From positions 714 to 64,713 of the forward strand of contig DAIDIG010000012.1 in assembly GCA_027459485.1 (NCBI GenBank): a stretch of 64,000 nucleotides of DNA, in the 5' to 3' direction. The DNA comes from Bdellovibrionales bacterium (GTDB lineage: Bacteria; Bdellovibrionota; Bdellovibrionia; Bdellovibrionales; UBA1609). Below the pieces are notes generated by a model. The model saw nothing but the letters and a program-made list of their open reading frames with translations. It ran no database searches and was not told the DNA's origin. The number at the start of each line of letters is the position of its first letter. Position 1 is the stretch's first letter. Of this stretch, positions 54,006 through 62,902 are shown piece after piece. The position numbers and the translations under genes were made by a program.

Positions 54006-54799
54006 GTTTTGAGCTTTCTGTACAACAACAAATACTGTTCAACCGACAGCTCTTCGGGCCGAGCCGTCTCATTTAAGCCCATTGCCGCCAACTCGGCTTT
54101 GAGCCTTGCCATATCGCCTTTCAAATTCTTGGTCAAAAACTTACGCCGAAATTGAAAGGCCCGCTTTACAAACGTCAGAAAATCACGATCCGCCGTGCCG
54201 GATGGTTTGCGAGTGAACTTAAGGACTCGACTGGCGACTTTCGGTTTTGGATAGAAACTCTCAGGCGACGCATCGACGACGACTTCCATTGCCCAAAAGG
54301 TCTGAGCGATGATCGATAAAAGGCCGTAGTCGTGAGTTCGCGGACGAGCCAAAAGACGCTCGGCCACTTCTTTTTGAAACATGAGAATCATAGACTCGAA
54401 CGAGTGCGTGAACGATTGCTCGATCACCAATCGAGACGAGATTTGATAAGGCAAGTTACTAACAAGGGCCCATTTGCTGGCACCGCCATCGAGCTGACGC
54501 TCATCCAATTCAAGTGCATCTGTTTCAATAACCTCGACGCCGCGCTTACGCCAGTAGCTGGCAATTTTTCGGTCGAGCTCGACGACAACGAGCCACTTTT
54601 TCAGAGTTAGCAACTTTTCCGTTAGCGCGCCAAGCCCCGGCCCGATCTCGACGATTCGTTCGGGCTCTAAAGCGCGTGCACATTTAACAATTTGATCGAT
54701 CACATATTCGTCGATTAAAAAATTTTGCCCCAATGAACGCTTCGGCTCGATGTCGAGCTCGCGCATACGCTCAATAAGGGCGCTTTTGACCGAGCTCAT
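54002..54799 (-). CDS. rsmA: 16S rRNA (adenine1518/1519-N6)-dimethyltransferase
   Basis: 265 aa. SLGQNFLID, EIGPGLGALT, SNLPYQISS motifs. Confidence 0.95.
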   Translation of the reverse strand: MSSVKSALIERMRELDIEPKRSLGQNFLIDEYVIDQIVKCARALEPERIVEIGPGLGALTEKLLTLKKWLVVVELDRKIASYWRKRGVEVIETDALELDERQLDGGASKWALVSNLPYQISSRLVIEQSFTHSFESMILMFQKEVAERLLARPRTHDYGLLSIIAQTFWAMEVVVDASPESFYPKPKVASRVLKFTRKPSGTADRDFLTFVKRAFQFRRKFLTKNLKGDMARLKAELAAMGLNETARPEELSVEQYLLLYRKLKT

Positions 54800-55851
54800 A
54801 CCTGAAAATCTTCGGGGAATGACGCCGCCGACGGCGCCAAGGTTTGCCCCGACCGTTCACCGCGAGCCAAACGCCAAATGCCGGCGAGGCCCACCATCGC
54901 CGCGTTATCGGTACAATATTTGAGGGCCGGCATAAAAATTTCGATTCGTCCGCTTTCTTCAACCCAATGCGCGGCCATCGCACGTAGCCGTGAGTTTGCA
55001 CACACTCCACCCGTGATGACGACGCGATTTAAACCAAGCGTCGTTTGCGCCGACTTGAGTTTGACCATCAGGCTTTCAGTGACCGCCTCTTGAAAGCTCG
55101 CGCACAAATCCGCGAGTTGGTCGGCGACTTCACTTGGGCTCATACTTTCAATGCGTCGAACGGCTGCCGCTTTAAGCCCTGAAAAGCTGAAATTGAGATC
55201 GGCCGAACCTTTCATTGTGCGCGGAAAGGCAAACTTCTTCGCATCGCCTCTCTTGGCCATTTCGTCGACTTTCGCCCCGCCTGGGAATCCAAGCCCCAGC
55301 AATTTCGCGAATTTATCAAGAGCCTCGCCAGCCGCATCATCCACGGTTCGGCCTAACAGCTCGTAGTGACCGATACCACGCACATGAAAAAGGTGCGTGT
55401 GCCCTCCGCTCACCGTAAGACCGAGATATGGAAATTTCAATTGAGATTGGCTCATGTCAGAATCCCATAAAAATGGCGCAAGCAGATGCGCCTCTTGATG
55501 ATTCACGCCAATAAAGGGTTTATTGTACACCAGTGCGAGAGTTTTCGCGGTAACGACACCGACAAGCAGCGAACCGATCAGTCCGGGCCGATTAGTGACC
55601 GCAATTCCGTCTATCTTTTGCCATGACCACGAAGTGCGCGAGAATAACTCCTCAAGGAGCGGCAATATCTGAAGCGTATGGTTGCGGCTCGCGATTTCGG
55701 GCACGACGCCGCCGAAAGGCCGATGGGCCAAATCTTGATTCGCGGTGAGACACCCGACCACAAAGCCGTCAGCGCGAACAATGGCGAGCGACGTATCATC
55801 ACAGCTTGTTTCAATTGCCAGGACATGGTGAAAATCGTCAGCGCCCGTCAT
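54796..55851 (-). CDS. tsaD: tRNA N6-adenosine threonylcarbamoyltransferase
   Basis: LAIETSCDDTS, HxxxH region (NHQEAHLL), VSGGHTHL, GGVCANSRLR. The ATG at 55851 overlaps the upstream stop (ATGA). Confidence 0.95.
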   Translation of the reverse strand: MTGADDFHHVLAIETSCDDTSLAIVRADGFVVGCLTANQDLAHRPFGGVVPEIASRNHTLQILPLLEELFSRTSWSWQKIDGIAVTNRPGLIGSLLVGVVTAKTLALVYNKPFIGVNHQEAHLLAPFLWDSDMSQSQLKFPYLGLTVSGGHTHLFHVRGIGHYELLGRTVDDAAGEALDKFAKLLGLGFPGGAKVDEMAKRGDAKKFAFPRTMKGSADLNFSFSGLKAAAVRRIESMSPSEVADQLADLCASFQEAVTESLMVKLKSAQTTLGLNRVVITGGVCANSRLRAMAAHWVEESGRIEIFMPALKYCTDNAAMVGLAGIWRLARGERSGQTLAPSAASFPEDFQV

Positions 55852-56501
55852 TTTAACGATTTTAGCTTTTTTACCGCCTTTTTGCCCCATTTTGATTTCG
55901 CGAATTTCTGGGCCGCTTCGGTATAAAATGTGCGGGCTTCGGGCTTCATCCCTAACTTATTAAAAGCCACGCCGATTTTGTATGTCGCTTCGGCGTAGTG
56001 GTCACCATGAGGGTTGAGCTCGCGGTATTTTTGGTAATCGACGATCGCTTCTTTCCAATTTTTTTTGTTAAAACTGCCCGATGCGATTTTGTAACTGTTC
56101 TTTTTTGAAAGTTTTTTCTTCGCGCGCGCCTGTTGAAGAGCATCGTAGCTCGCGCGTAAAGCTTCGACTTTTTGCGCGATTTGCAAATATTCCGAATCCA
56201 GTTTGGAGAGTTCATCCTCGTAAATTTTTGATCTATCTTCAAGCGCCTTCACCCGCTCGGCGAGAGCTGCGGACTTGTTAGTTCGATCGGCATCCGATGT
56301 ATTCAAGTTATTTTCAAGGTCGCCGACGCGTCCTCTGAGGGTACGGATTTCGCCGTCGATTTCGTCCAATCGGTTGGCTTCATCAGCTTGCTGCACCTGC
56401 TGCTGGCTCGGAGGCTGCTGCTGATCCTCACGAATTTCATCTCGAGTGACCAAACAACCTGAAAGCATGAGTGCGACCGCAGCTAATAAAATGAGTTTCA
56501 T
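55848..56501 (-). CDS. cpoB: Tol-Pal system protein CpoB/YbgF-like (coiled coil plus TPR), lipoprotein form
   Basis: 217 aa. Lipobox (LMLSGC), Gln-rich linker, coiled coil, C-terminal TPR-like (WKEAIVDYQKYRELNPHGDHYAEATYKIGVAFNKLG). Sits downstream of pal. Confidence 0.7.
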   Translation of the reverse strand: MKLILLAAVALMLSGCLVTRDEIREDQQQPPSQQQVQQADEANRLDEIDGEIRTLRGRVGDLENNLNTSDADRTNKSAALAERVKALEDRSKIYEDELSKLDSEYLQIAQKVEALRASYDALQQARAKKKLSKKNSYKIASGSFNKKNWKEAIVDYQKYRELNPHGDHYAEATYKIGVAFNKLGMKPEARTFYTEAAQKFAKSKWGKKAVKKLKSLK

Positions 56502-56516
56502 GTTACGCCCCTTTAT

Positions 56517-56819
56517 CTAATTCGCGTCGCCGTCTTCGGCCTTTTTCAACATCGTGTAGTTTTCTGATTTTTCTGCATACTCGCGCGCCATATTAAAGTT
56601 AGTGCGGGCACCAGAATACTCACGATTGTTAAAATCGGTTTGTGCTTTACGATAGTATTGTTGCGCCTTCGTGAATAGACCCGGCGCGTATTGCGGGGCT
56701 TTGGCCGCCTGTGCCGCTCGAATTGCCGTATCGGCTAACACATATTCGTCACGCGGCGGAGTGCCCGCGCACCCTGACAAGACCATTAACAACAGTGCAA
56801 GCGTCAGGATGCGGGTCAT
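56517..56819 (-). CDS. Small helical lipoprotein (DUF4398-like)
   Basis: 100 aa. Lipobox (VLSGCAG). The helical AIRAAQAAKAPQYAPGLFTKAQQYYRKAQ pattern resembles small lipoproteins that accompany OmpA-family genes. Confidence 0.55.
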   Translation of the reverse strand: MTRILTLALLLMVLSGCAGTPPRDEYVLADTAIRAAQAAKAPQYAPGLFTKAQQYYRKAQTDFNNREYSGARTNFNMAREYAEKSENYTMLKKAEDGDAN

Positions 56820-56828
56820 AGACTGAGA

Positions 56829-57341
56829 CTAGTTATTAAGTGGAACGAAATTAGCGCGACGGTTTTTCGCGTAGGCCGCTTCCGTATCAGCCGTATCAAG
56901 CGGCTTTTCTTTACCGTATGAAATAACCGTCAGATGGCCGGCGTCGACGCCCAAACGGACCAAGTATGACTTAACCGCTTTGGCCCGACGCTCACCAAGT
57001 GCCAAGTTGTACTCAACAGAGCCGCGTTGATCACAATGACCTTCGACCTGAACCGTCGTGCTGCTGTGATTTTTCATCCATTCCGAGTCTTTTTTCAGGA
57101 TTTCACGATTTGATTTATCGAGGGCCGATGAATCAAATGCAAAGTGAATCGTTTCAAGACCATCAATCTGGCCGCTATCGCTGCCATCGGCGGGGAAGTT
57201 CATGGGCTCTTGCGAGATTGTGGCGGAACCTTGCCCAGCAGCTCCTGGCTTTGCCTTTTTGTGAGCGCAAGATACGGTAAATGCCATGGCAGTAGCTAAA
57301 AACCCAAAGCTGATATATCGACTCAGTTGCTGTGATTTCAT
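56829..57341 (-). CDS. pal: Peptidoglycan-associated lipoprotein (OmpA family)
   Basis: 170 aa. Lipobox (FTVSCA). OmpA-like domain (IHFAFDSSAL..., VQVEGHCDQRGSVEYNLALGERRAKAV, SYGKEKP). Confidence 0.9.
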   Translation of the reverse strand: MKSQQLSRYISFGFLATAMAFTVSCAHKKAKPGAAGQGSATISQEPMNFPADGSDSGQIDGLETIHFAFDSSALDKSNREILKKDSEWMKNHSSTTVQVEGHCDQRGSVEYNLALGERRAKAVKSYLVRLGVDAGHLTVISYGKEKPLDTADTEAAYAKNRRANFVPLNN

Positions 57342-57591
57342 CGTTCTGTTTCTCCTTCTTTTTTTTAATTTATGTAGTTAAAAATATTTTGATTTTCGTT
57401 TTTTGTTACTTTGATTCCATAGTTAGAGCCATTTGAATACCCAGCCAGTGTCGAAAAATCGGCCGGAATTGTCAAAGCTTTTCCGAATGGCGGATGGATC
57501 CGGTCGTACCTCGCCGCGATCCTTCGATATTTTTCGCAGCCGTAAAGCACGACTCTTGCATTGCTTCACATGACAACTACGAAAGGAGTCA

Positions 57592-57996
57592 ATGATGACT
57601 GGTCTCAACAGAATTTTTTTAATGGGGTATCTCGGTAATGCGCCGAGGGTCACGATGAGTCGAAAGGGCACTCCCTATACGACGCTCTCAATATGTTCGC
57701 CTAAAAAAAGGGCAGACGAAAAACCTGAGGGCGAACAAGACGCCCGAGAGACGGCGGATTGGCATTCGGTCCATGTATGGGGCAAACAGAGTGAATTGTG
57801 CGCGAAATTCTTAAACAAAGGTCGGGTTGTGCTCGTCGAAGGATATTTGGCGCAGTACTCCGTTGAGAATGAAGGCAAGAAAGAACGGCGCACCGCCATC
57901 AACGCCGTTCGCGTAGACTGGTTGCCGAAAGCGGAATCCGCGCAAATGGAGCAACTGTCACTCGAAGGGACGAGCGCTGAATCCCTTCCGCAGTAG
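57592..57996 (+). CDS. ssb: Single-stranded DNA-binding protein (OB fold), lacking canonical acidic C-terminal tip
   Basis: 134 aa. NRIFLMGYLGNAPRV...WHSVHVWGKQSELCAKFLNKGRVVLVEGYL is a typical SSB OB fold. AAAGGAG Shine-Dalgarno. C-terminus ...LEGTSAESLPQ rather than D-D-D-I/L-P-F. Confidence 0.8.
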   Translation: MMTGLNRIFLMGYLGNAPRVTMSRKGTPYTTLSICSPKKRADEKPEGEQDARETADWHSVHVWGKQSELCAKFLNKGRVVLVEGYLAQYSVENEGKKERRTAINAVRVDWLPKAESAQMEQLSLEGTSAESLPQ

Positions 57997-58098
57997 TCGT
58001 TTGCGACGGTGGTCTTGACTTTTCGACCAGCGCGTTGAATTCTATATTTGTGCTCCGCAGCGATATGCGGAGCTCGTCACAAACCTTGGGGATGAGCG

Positions 58099-58605
58099 AT
58101 GAGAGAATTGGGGCACCTTGACTGGATCAAAGGTCTGGTATTGGCGGAACAAGAAATGGAAGAATCCGGTGTCGTCAATCTTGCGTCCGTGGACCCTGAA
58201 TCGCATCTCGAAGAGCAAACTTTAGAGTTTCTACGCGACGTTAAAGCGGCCATGGTAGATGCAGCCGCGACTTTCAACCAACTGAAAGCTTCAAGTGTCG
58301 GCACGCTTAAAATTTACGGGATATCAAACACCAAAGCTGATTTCATGTTATTTCGAAACGGCTATAAGCTTATTTTTTCGATGCGGCGGCCTGGCGAGAT
58401 CGAAGTTTATCACAGCTTGCTCTCGTCGCATTTTTTACACCCAATTGAAGGCGAAGAAACAAAAGCTGCTCCTGAAAAGGATGTGATCCGCGCCCATTGG
58501 GGAGCATTCGGCGAGCTGCAGTGGCACCACAAAAATTTACCTGTGCGGATGGATTTTCTTATCCGCCACTACGTCACCCGCTTTATTCACGAAAGCGCGA
58601 AGTAG
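58099..58605 (+). CDS. Hypothetical protein
   Basis: 168-aa ORF with GGGGATGAG upstream. No recognised domain. Confidence 0.5.
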   Translation: MRELGHLDWIKGLVLAEQEMEESGVVNLASVDPESHLEEQTLEFLRDVKAAMVDAAATFNQLKASSVGTLKIYGISNTKADFMLFRNGYKLIFSMRRPGEIEVYHSLLSSHFLHPIEGEETKAAPEKDVIRAHWGAFGELQWHHKNLPVRMDFLIRHYVTRFIHESAK

Positions 58606-58706
58606 CCTGCTTGTCGGCAGACTGAACGGGCCGCCGGTAGGACCTTGGTCGCGATTGACAACGATGGCCTCGTCACCTCAATCGCACCGCGCTAAAATTA
58701 AATCAG

Positions 58707-59498
58707 ATGTCGACATGGGTTTTAGCCGCAATTGTTGTTCAAATATTTCTCGTACTGTCGGTTGTCATTCTTTGGCTTAAACAGATGCGCCCGCCGAAAG
58801 ACGATCCGCGCCTTAGCCGCGGCCTTCAACTGTTGCAAAGTAAAATCGCCGTTCTTGAAGATTTGTCCGAACGCACTGAGCGCCAAGTCACGCAACTCAC
58901 GCATTTTCTCGATGAGCGTTCGAAGCATCTTCAAACGAAAGTTCTCCACGCCGAAGAACTTCTCGTCAAAATCGATCACTCTATGAAAAAGAGCCTCGAT
59001 GTCGCGGCCATTTTTCAAGACAAGATTCCGCACGAAGAAATCATCGAGCGCAATCAAACACAAAAATATGTCACGGCAGCCAAAATGGCGAACGAGGGCC
59101 GCTCGGTGGATGAAATCGTGCAAGCGCTCGGCATCCCGCGCAGCGAAGTCGAGTTCATTGCGAAAGTGAACAGAAATGAACTGGCGTTTGAGCCGGCTTT
59201 ACTGCCTGAATGGGCGAAACCAAAAGACGAAGTATTTCAGGCGCAGTCGCCAGATTTATCTTCGCTAAAAAGGGCCGAAGAAAATTTTCGTCAGACCGTT
59301 AAAGAAGCCGAAGAACTGCAGCAAGCCGAACTCGCTCGCCGCCAACTAAATGAAGAGCGAGCGCGCGCGATCAAAGAATCCGCCCGGCAGGTCACCGAAA
59401 ACATCGTGACCACCGCTCGCGACGCGCTCAAAACAACCGCAATTAAGGCGCAAGCCACCATCCGCAAAGTCGAGTTCCCCCGAATTGACCGGCCTTAG
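58707..59498 (+). CDS. Hypothetical membrane-anchored coiled-coil protein
   Basis: 263 aa. N-terminal TM (WVLAAIVVQIFLVLSVVILWL), charged helical remainder, and a short HTH-like stretch (VDEIVQALGIPRSEVEFIAKV). Confidence 0.55.
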   Translation: MSTWVLAAIVVQIFLVLSVVILWLKQMRPPKDDPRLSRGLQLLQSKIAVLEDLSERTERQVTQLTHFLDERSKHLQTKVLHAEELLVKIDHSMKKSLDVAAIFQDKIPHEEIIERNQTQKYVTAAKMANEGRSVDEIVQALGIPRSEVEFIAKVNRNELAFEPALLPEWAKPKDEVFQAQSPDLSSLKRAEENFRQTVKEAEELQQAELARRQLNEERARAIKESARQVTENIVTTARDALKTTAIKAQATIRKVEFPRIDRP

Positions 59499-59548
59499 TT
59501 TAAACCCAATTGAAGCGATTTAATTCCGAAAACGTCTGGCAGCGAGGC

Positions 59549-59899
59549 TCACAAATTCGGGATGGGCAACACTTCCATCACCTCGACACCGTTACCCGGG
59601 AAAATAGTGAAATGCGGATGATTTAGAAAAAGCTTGGCTGCCGCTTCTTGAGTTTCAGCTTGAACAATAGTGAACGCGCCGATGTTGTTGCGAACGTCGC
59701 GAATGCCTTCGACATCAACGCGCTTGGTTTTACTGAGCGGACCGCCCATATTTAAGATCTGTTTCTGATTTTTCTCGGCCCAAGCCTTCCAGGCCGCGAC
59801 GCCCTTTTTTTCTTTTTCTTTGCGGGTCGCCTCGTCCTGTTTCATCCACTTCTCCATTGCTGAAGCGTCGCCGGTAAAAATCGCCAAAAATGTTTTCAT
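59549..59899 (-). CDS. Small hypothetical protein, possibly dimeric alpha/beta-barrel (YCII/Dabb-like)
   Basis: 116-aa ORF directly downstream of the aminotransferase gene (the stop/start are adjacent). The fold assignment is a guess from length and pattern. Confidence 0.45.
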   Translation of the reverse strand: MKTFLAIFTGDASAMEKWMKQDEATRKEKEKKGVAAWKAWAEKNQKQILNMGGPLSKTKRVDVEGIRDVRNNIGAFTIVQAETQEAAAKLFLNHPHFTIFPGNGVEVMEVLPIPNL

Positions 59900-61093
59900 T
59901 TAATTCAACTCGCGAATGAAATCATTCATTCGTTTGAAGGCCTCTTTCATGCGTTCTTCTTTGAGCGCGTAACTGAGGCGAACGTATCCTTCGAGGCCGA
60001 ATTCGATACCCGGCACCACGGCGACTTTTTGCACGTCGAGCAAGGTAGTCGAAAAGTCGCTTGAGTTGCGAATCTCGCGGCCAATGTATTTGCGGCCGAA
60101 GCACGACGAAATATCCGGCCAAAAATAAAACGCGCCATCGGGTTTGCCGACGCGAAGGCCTGAAATTTTCGAGAGTTCTTGGAGGCCGCGGTCGCGTCGC
60201 GTTTTGAGCTCTTGAAGCGCGGTCTTGAGTTCGCCCGCTCCTTCATTGATTGCTGTCACAGTCGCCCATTGCGACATCGTCGGTGCTTGACTGACCGATT
60301 GCGATTCGTAATTCGTCATGGCTTTGATCCACGCCATAGGGCCGAGCGCCCAACCGACGCGCCATCCGGTCATTGAATATGTTTTGGATGCCCCATTCAT
60401 CACAAGCGTGCGCGCGCGCAGATCGGGCGCGGCTTGCAAAATGTGCGGAGCGACCGGCATTTCAAACACGAGCCGGTTGTAAATATCATCGGAGATAATA
60501 AGGACGTCGGGAAATTCGCGCAGCACCTTCGCAAGCCCCGCCAATTCTTCGCGGCTGTACATGAGACCCGTCGGATTGCTCGGGCTGTTGAGAATAATCA
60601 TTTTCGTTTTCGGCGTCAGGTGCTTGCGCAAAATCTCAGGTGTAATCTTGAAATTCTCGCGTTCAGTGCAAACCGCGCACACGGGTCGGCCGCCGGCGAG
60701 CTCGACCATTACAGGGTAGCTCACCCAATAGGGCGCCGGGATGATCACCTCATCGCCCGGGTTGATCGCCGTTTGAATCGCTGCGAACAATACGTATTTG
60801 CCGCCGGCAGAAACCGTCACTTCATCCGGCGAAAATGTGAGACCCAAATCATTGCTTGTTTGAGTTGCAATCGCTTTGCGCAAATCGGGTAAACCGTTTG
60901 ACGGAGTGTACTTCGATTGACCTTTAACGATAGCGTCGATGCCCGCGCGCTTTGCGCATTCAAGAGTATCCCAGTCCGGCTCGCCGACCGACAGCGAAAT
61001 CACGTCGTGACCTTGCGACGCGAGTTCTTTCGCTTTCGCCGATAACGCTAGTGTAGGTGAAGGCTTCAAATTTTTTGCGCGATCTGAAATCAT
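59900..61093 (-). CDS. Class I pyridoxal-phosphate-dependent aminotransferase (aspartate aminotransferase-like)
   Basis: LSVGEPDWDT, PAPYWVSYP, NSPSNPTG, and the PLP-Lys motif NGASKTYSMTGWRVGW. The ATG at 61093 overlaps the coaD stop (ATGA). Confidence 0.9.
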   Translation of the reverse strand: MISDRAKNLKPSPTLALSAKAKELASQGHDVISLSVGEPDWDTLECAKRAGIDAIVKGQSKYTPSNGLPDLRKAIATQTSNDLGLTFSPDEVTVSAGGKYVLFAAIQTAINPGDEVIIPAPYWVSYPVMVELAGGRPVCAVCTERENFKITPEILRKHLTPKTKMIILNSPSNPTGLMYSREELAGLAKVLREFPDVLIISDDIYNRLVFEMPVAPHILQAAPDLRARTLVMNGASKTYSMTGWRVGWALGPMAWIKAMTNYESQSVSQAPTMSQWATVTAINEGAGELKTALQELKTRRDRGLQELSKISGLRVGKPDGAFYFWPDISSCFGRKYIGREIRNSSDFSTTLLDVQKVAVVPGIEFGLEGYVRLSYALKEERMKEAFKRMNDFIRELN

Positions 61094-61614
61094 TTTGGTC
61101 CTTTCATGTTTTTCACATTTTTCTTTAACGCCTCGGCCACGCATTTGGGCACGAATTTCGAGGTGTCGCCGCCGAATTGCGCGACTTCGCGGACAAGCGA
61201 CGATGACACAAACCCATGCGCAGGCGAAGCCATTATGAAAAACGTTTCAATGTTCGGCGCGAGCTTTTTGTTGGCGTCGGCGATCGCGTATTCATATTCC
61301 CAATCCGCGACGGTCCGAACGCTACGCGCGATCAAGTCCACTCCGAGAGATTTGGCGACTTCAACCGTGAGTTCGTGAGACGATTCGACGTCCACGCGCC
61401 CCAGCTTCAAACTTTTGCCGTTCATCACAGCGGACTCCTCGAGCGCTGCCAAAATCAGATCCTTGCGCTCGCTTTGCGAGAAAAAATAGGACTTGCTAGA
61501 AGAATCAGCGACCAAGACCACCACGCGCTCAAAATGTCGGCGCAGGCGCGCGATGACATCCAAATGGCCGAGCGTGATGGGATCAAAACTACCGGGGTAC
61601 AGTATGGAATTCAT
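61090..61614 (-). CDS. coaD: Phosphopantetheine adenylyltransferase
   Basis: The YPGSFDPITLGHLDVI (T/H-x-G-H) motif and a length of about 174 aa from the ATG at 61614. The track ORF extends to 61716 inside rsmD. Confidence 0.92.
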   Translation of the reverse strand: MNSILYPGSFDPITLGHLDVIARLRRHFERVVVLVADSSSKSYFFSQSERKDLILAALEESAVMNGKSLKLGRVDVESSHELTVEVAKSLGVDLIARSVRTVADWEYEYAIADANKKLAPNIETFFIMASPAHGFVSSSLVREVAQFGGDTSKFVPKCVAEALKKNVKNMKGPK

Positions 61615-62146
61615 AGAACGATGCAGATTTATCACCGAATGCCCGGCGATCCAAGAGGTGAAATGCGCCGTAATGATCTTCAATATGCTCACGCCGGGCG
61701 CTTTCGATAACGGCAATGGTGCCGTCGCCCGCCGCGCGGCTCACCGCAAGCTCCGTCATGCACGAGTGAGCTAAAGCCTCGGTAAACGGAGGGTCGATCA
61801 AGATCACTTGAAACGGTTCACCTTTGTATTCTTTGAGGTATTTAAACGCGTCACGTTGATTGACGGTATACGGCTCATCGACCTGCAAATTGTTCAAATT
61901 GTCGCGAATGATGCGAATCGATCGCGGGTTCGCCTCCACGAAATCGACCGACTGAGCCCCGCGCGAGAGCGCCTCGATACCCAAATTGCCAGTCCCCGAG
62001 AAAAGATCCAGCACGCGAGCGCCGGGCACATCGCGCATGAGAATATTAAAAATGGTTTCTTTTACCCGATCGGTCGTGGGGCGGATATGGTCAGCTTTAA
62101 AACTGTTGAGCCGTCGGCCTTTGTATTTTCCCGATATAATTCGCAC
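61589..62146 (-). CDS. rsmD: 16S rRNA (guanine966-N2)-methyltransferase
   Basis: 185 aa. MRIISGKYKGRRL, RPTTDRVKETIFN, LDLFSGTGNLGIEALSRGA, DPPF. Confidence 0.9.
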   Translation of the reverse strand: MRIISGKYKGRRLNSFKADHIRPTTDRVKETIFNILMRDVPGARVLDLFSGTGNLGIEALSRGAQSVDFVEANPRSIRIIRDNLNNLQVDEPYTVNQRDAFKYLKEYKGEPFQVILIDPPFTEALAHSCMTELAVSRAAGDGTIAVIESARREHIEDHYGAFHLLDRRAFGDKSASFYEFHTVPR

Positions 62147-62152
62147 GGCGGC

Positions 62153-62521
62153 CTAAATCCGGCGTACGTGCTTGGATAACATCGAATGTTTCACGATGGC
62201 CACGCGGTTGTTTTCTAGAATTTTTTGAAAATGCAATTCGGCTAATTTTTTAGGAGTCGGCGGCGGCTCATTCGATGCCTTTTTCGGCGGGCGACGAAAA
62301 AACCGATCGTAATGCTTGATCGAGCGCACACGTTCGATGATCGCCGCATCCCCCAGAATAAACGACACGGTCATGTAACTGCCGATCTTAAACGGAATTT
62401 TATCGAGTTCGACCAGTACTCCGGTCGTATTGAGTTTCATGATAAACCCCGTGAGCTTCTCAGTGCCAAGATCTATCGTGACAGCAATCGGCTCATTTTT
62501 TGGACTATTTTTCACCGCCAT
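62153..62521 (-). CDS. PilZ-like domain protein (atypical)
   Basis: 122 aa. A beta-barrel-like core with LNTTGVLVE resembles the D/N-x-S-x-x-G element. No N-terminal RxxxR is visible. Basic, Pro-rich C-terminal tail. Confidence 0.5.
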   Translation of the reverse strand: MAVKNSPKNEPIAVTIDLGTEKLTGFIMKLNTTGVLVELDKIPFKIGSYMTVSFILGDAAIIERVRSIKHYDRFFRRPPKKASNEPPPTPKKLAELHFQKILENNRVAIVKHSMLSKHVRRI

Positions 62522-62530
62522 GACCCGCGC

Positions 62531-62902
62531 TCAACCCTCGTGCGCTTTATTTTTCACTAATTTCTCAGCCCGTTCAACTACTTCAAAAATATTGGCGAAA
62601 GGTTTGGCTAAAAACAGGTGAGCACCCAATTCTTCGGCTCTTTTCAAATCGAAGTCTCCGGTGTAAGCGGACATGAGAATTATCTGCGCCGTGTTGGCGG
62701 ATTCGATCTTTTCGAGAAGTTGCGGCCCCGTCAGCCCGGGCATCAAAACATCGACCAACGCCACATCGGGGGGCCACTCCCGCCAAGTCGCTAAACCTTG
62801 AATCCCATCCGACGCCGTCCGAACCGTGTGACCGCGTGACTCAAACGCCCGCATCAGTGACCGGCAAATAAGCGCTTCGTCGTCGACAATCAAAACGTTC
62901 AT
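62531..62902 (-). CDS. Single-domain response regulator (CheY-like receiver)
   Basis: 123 aa. VLIVDDE, phospho-acceptor DVALVDVLMPG, conserved S/T (MSAY) and K (LAKP). Confidence 0.9.
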   Translation of the reverse strand: MNVLIVDDEALICRSLMRAFESRGHTVRTASDGIQGLATWREWPPDVALVDVLMPGLTGPQLLEKIESANTAQIILMSAYTGDFDLKRAEELGAHLFLAKPFANIFEVVERAEKLVKNKAHEG

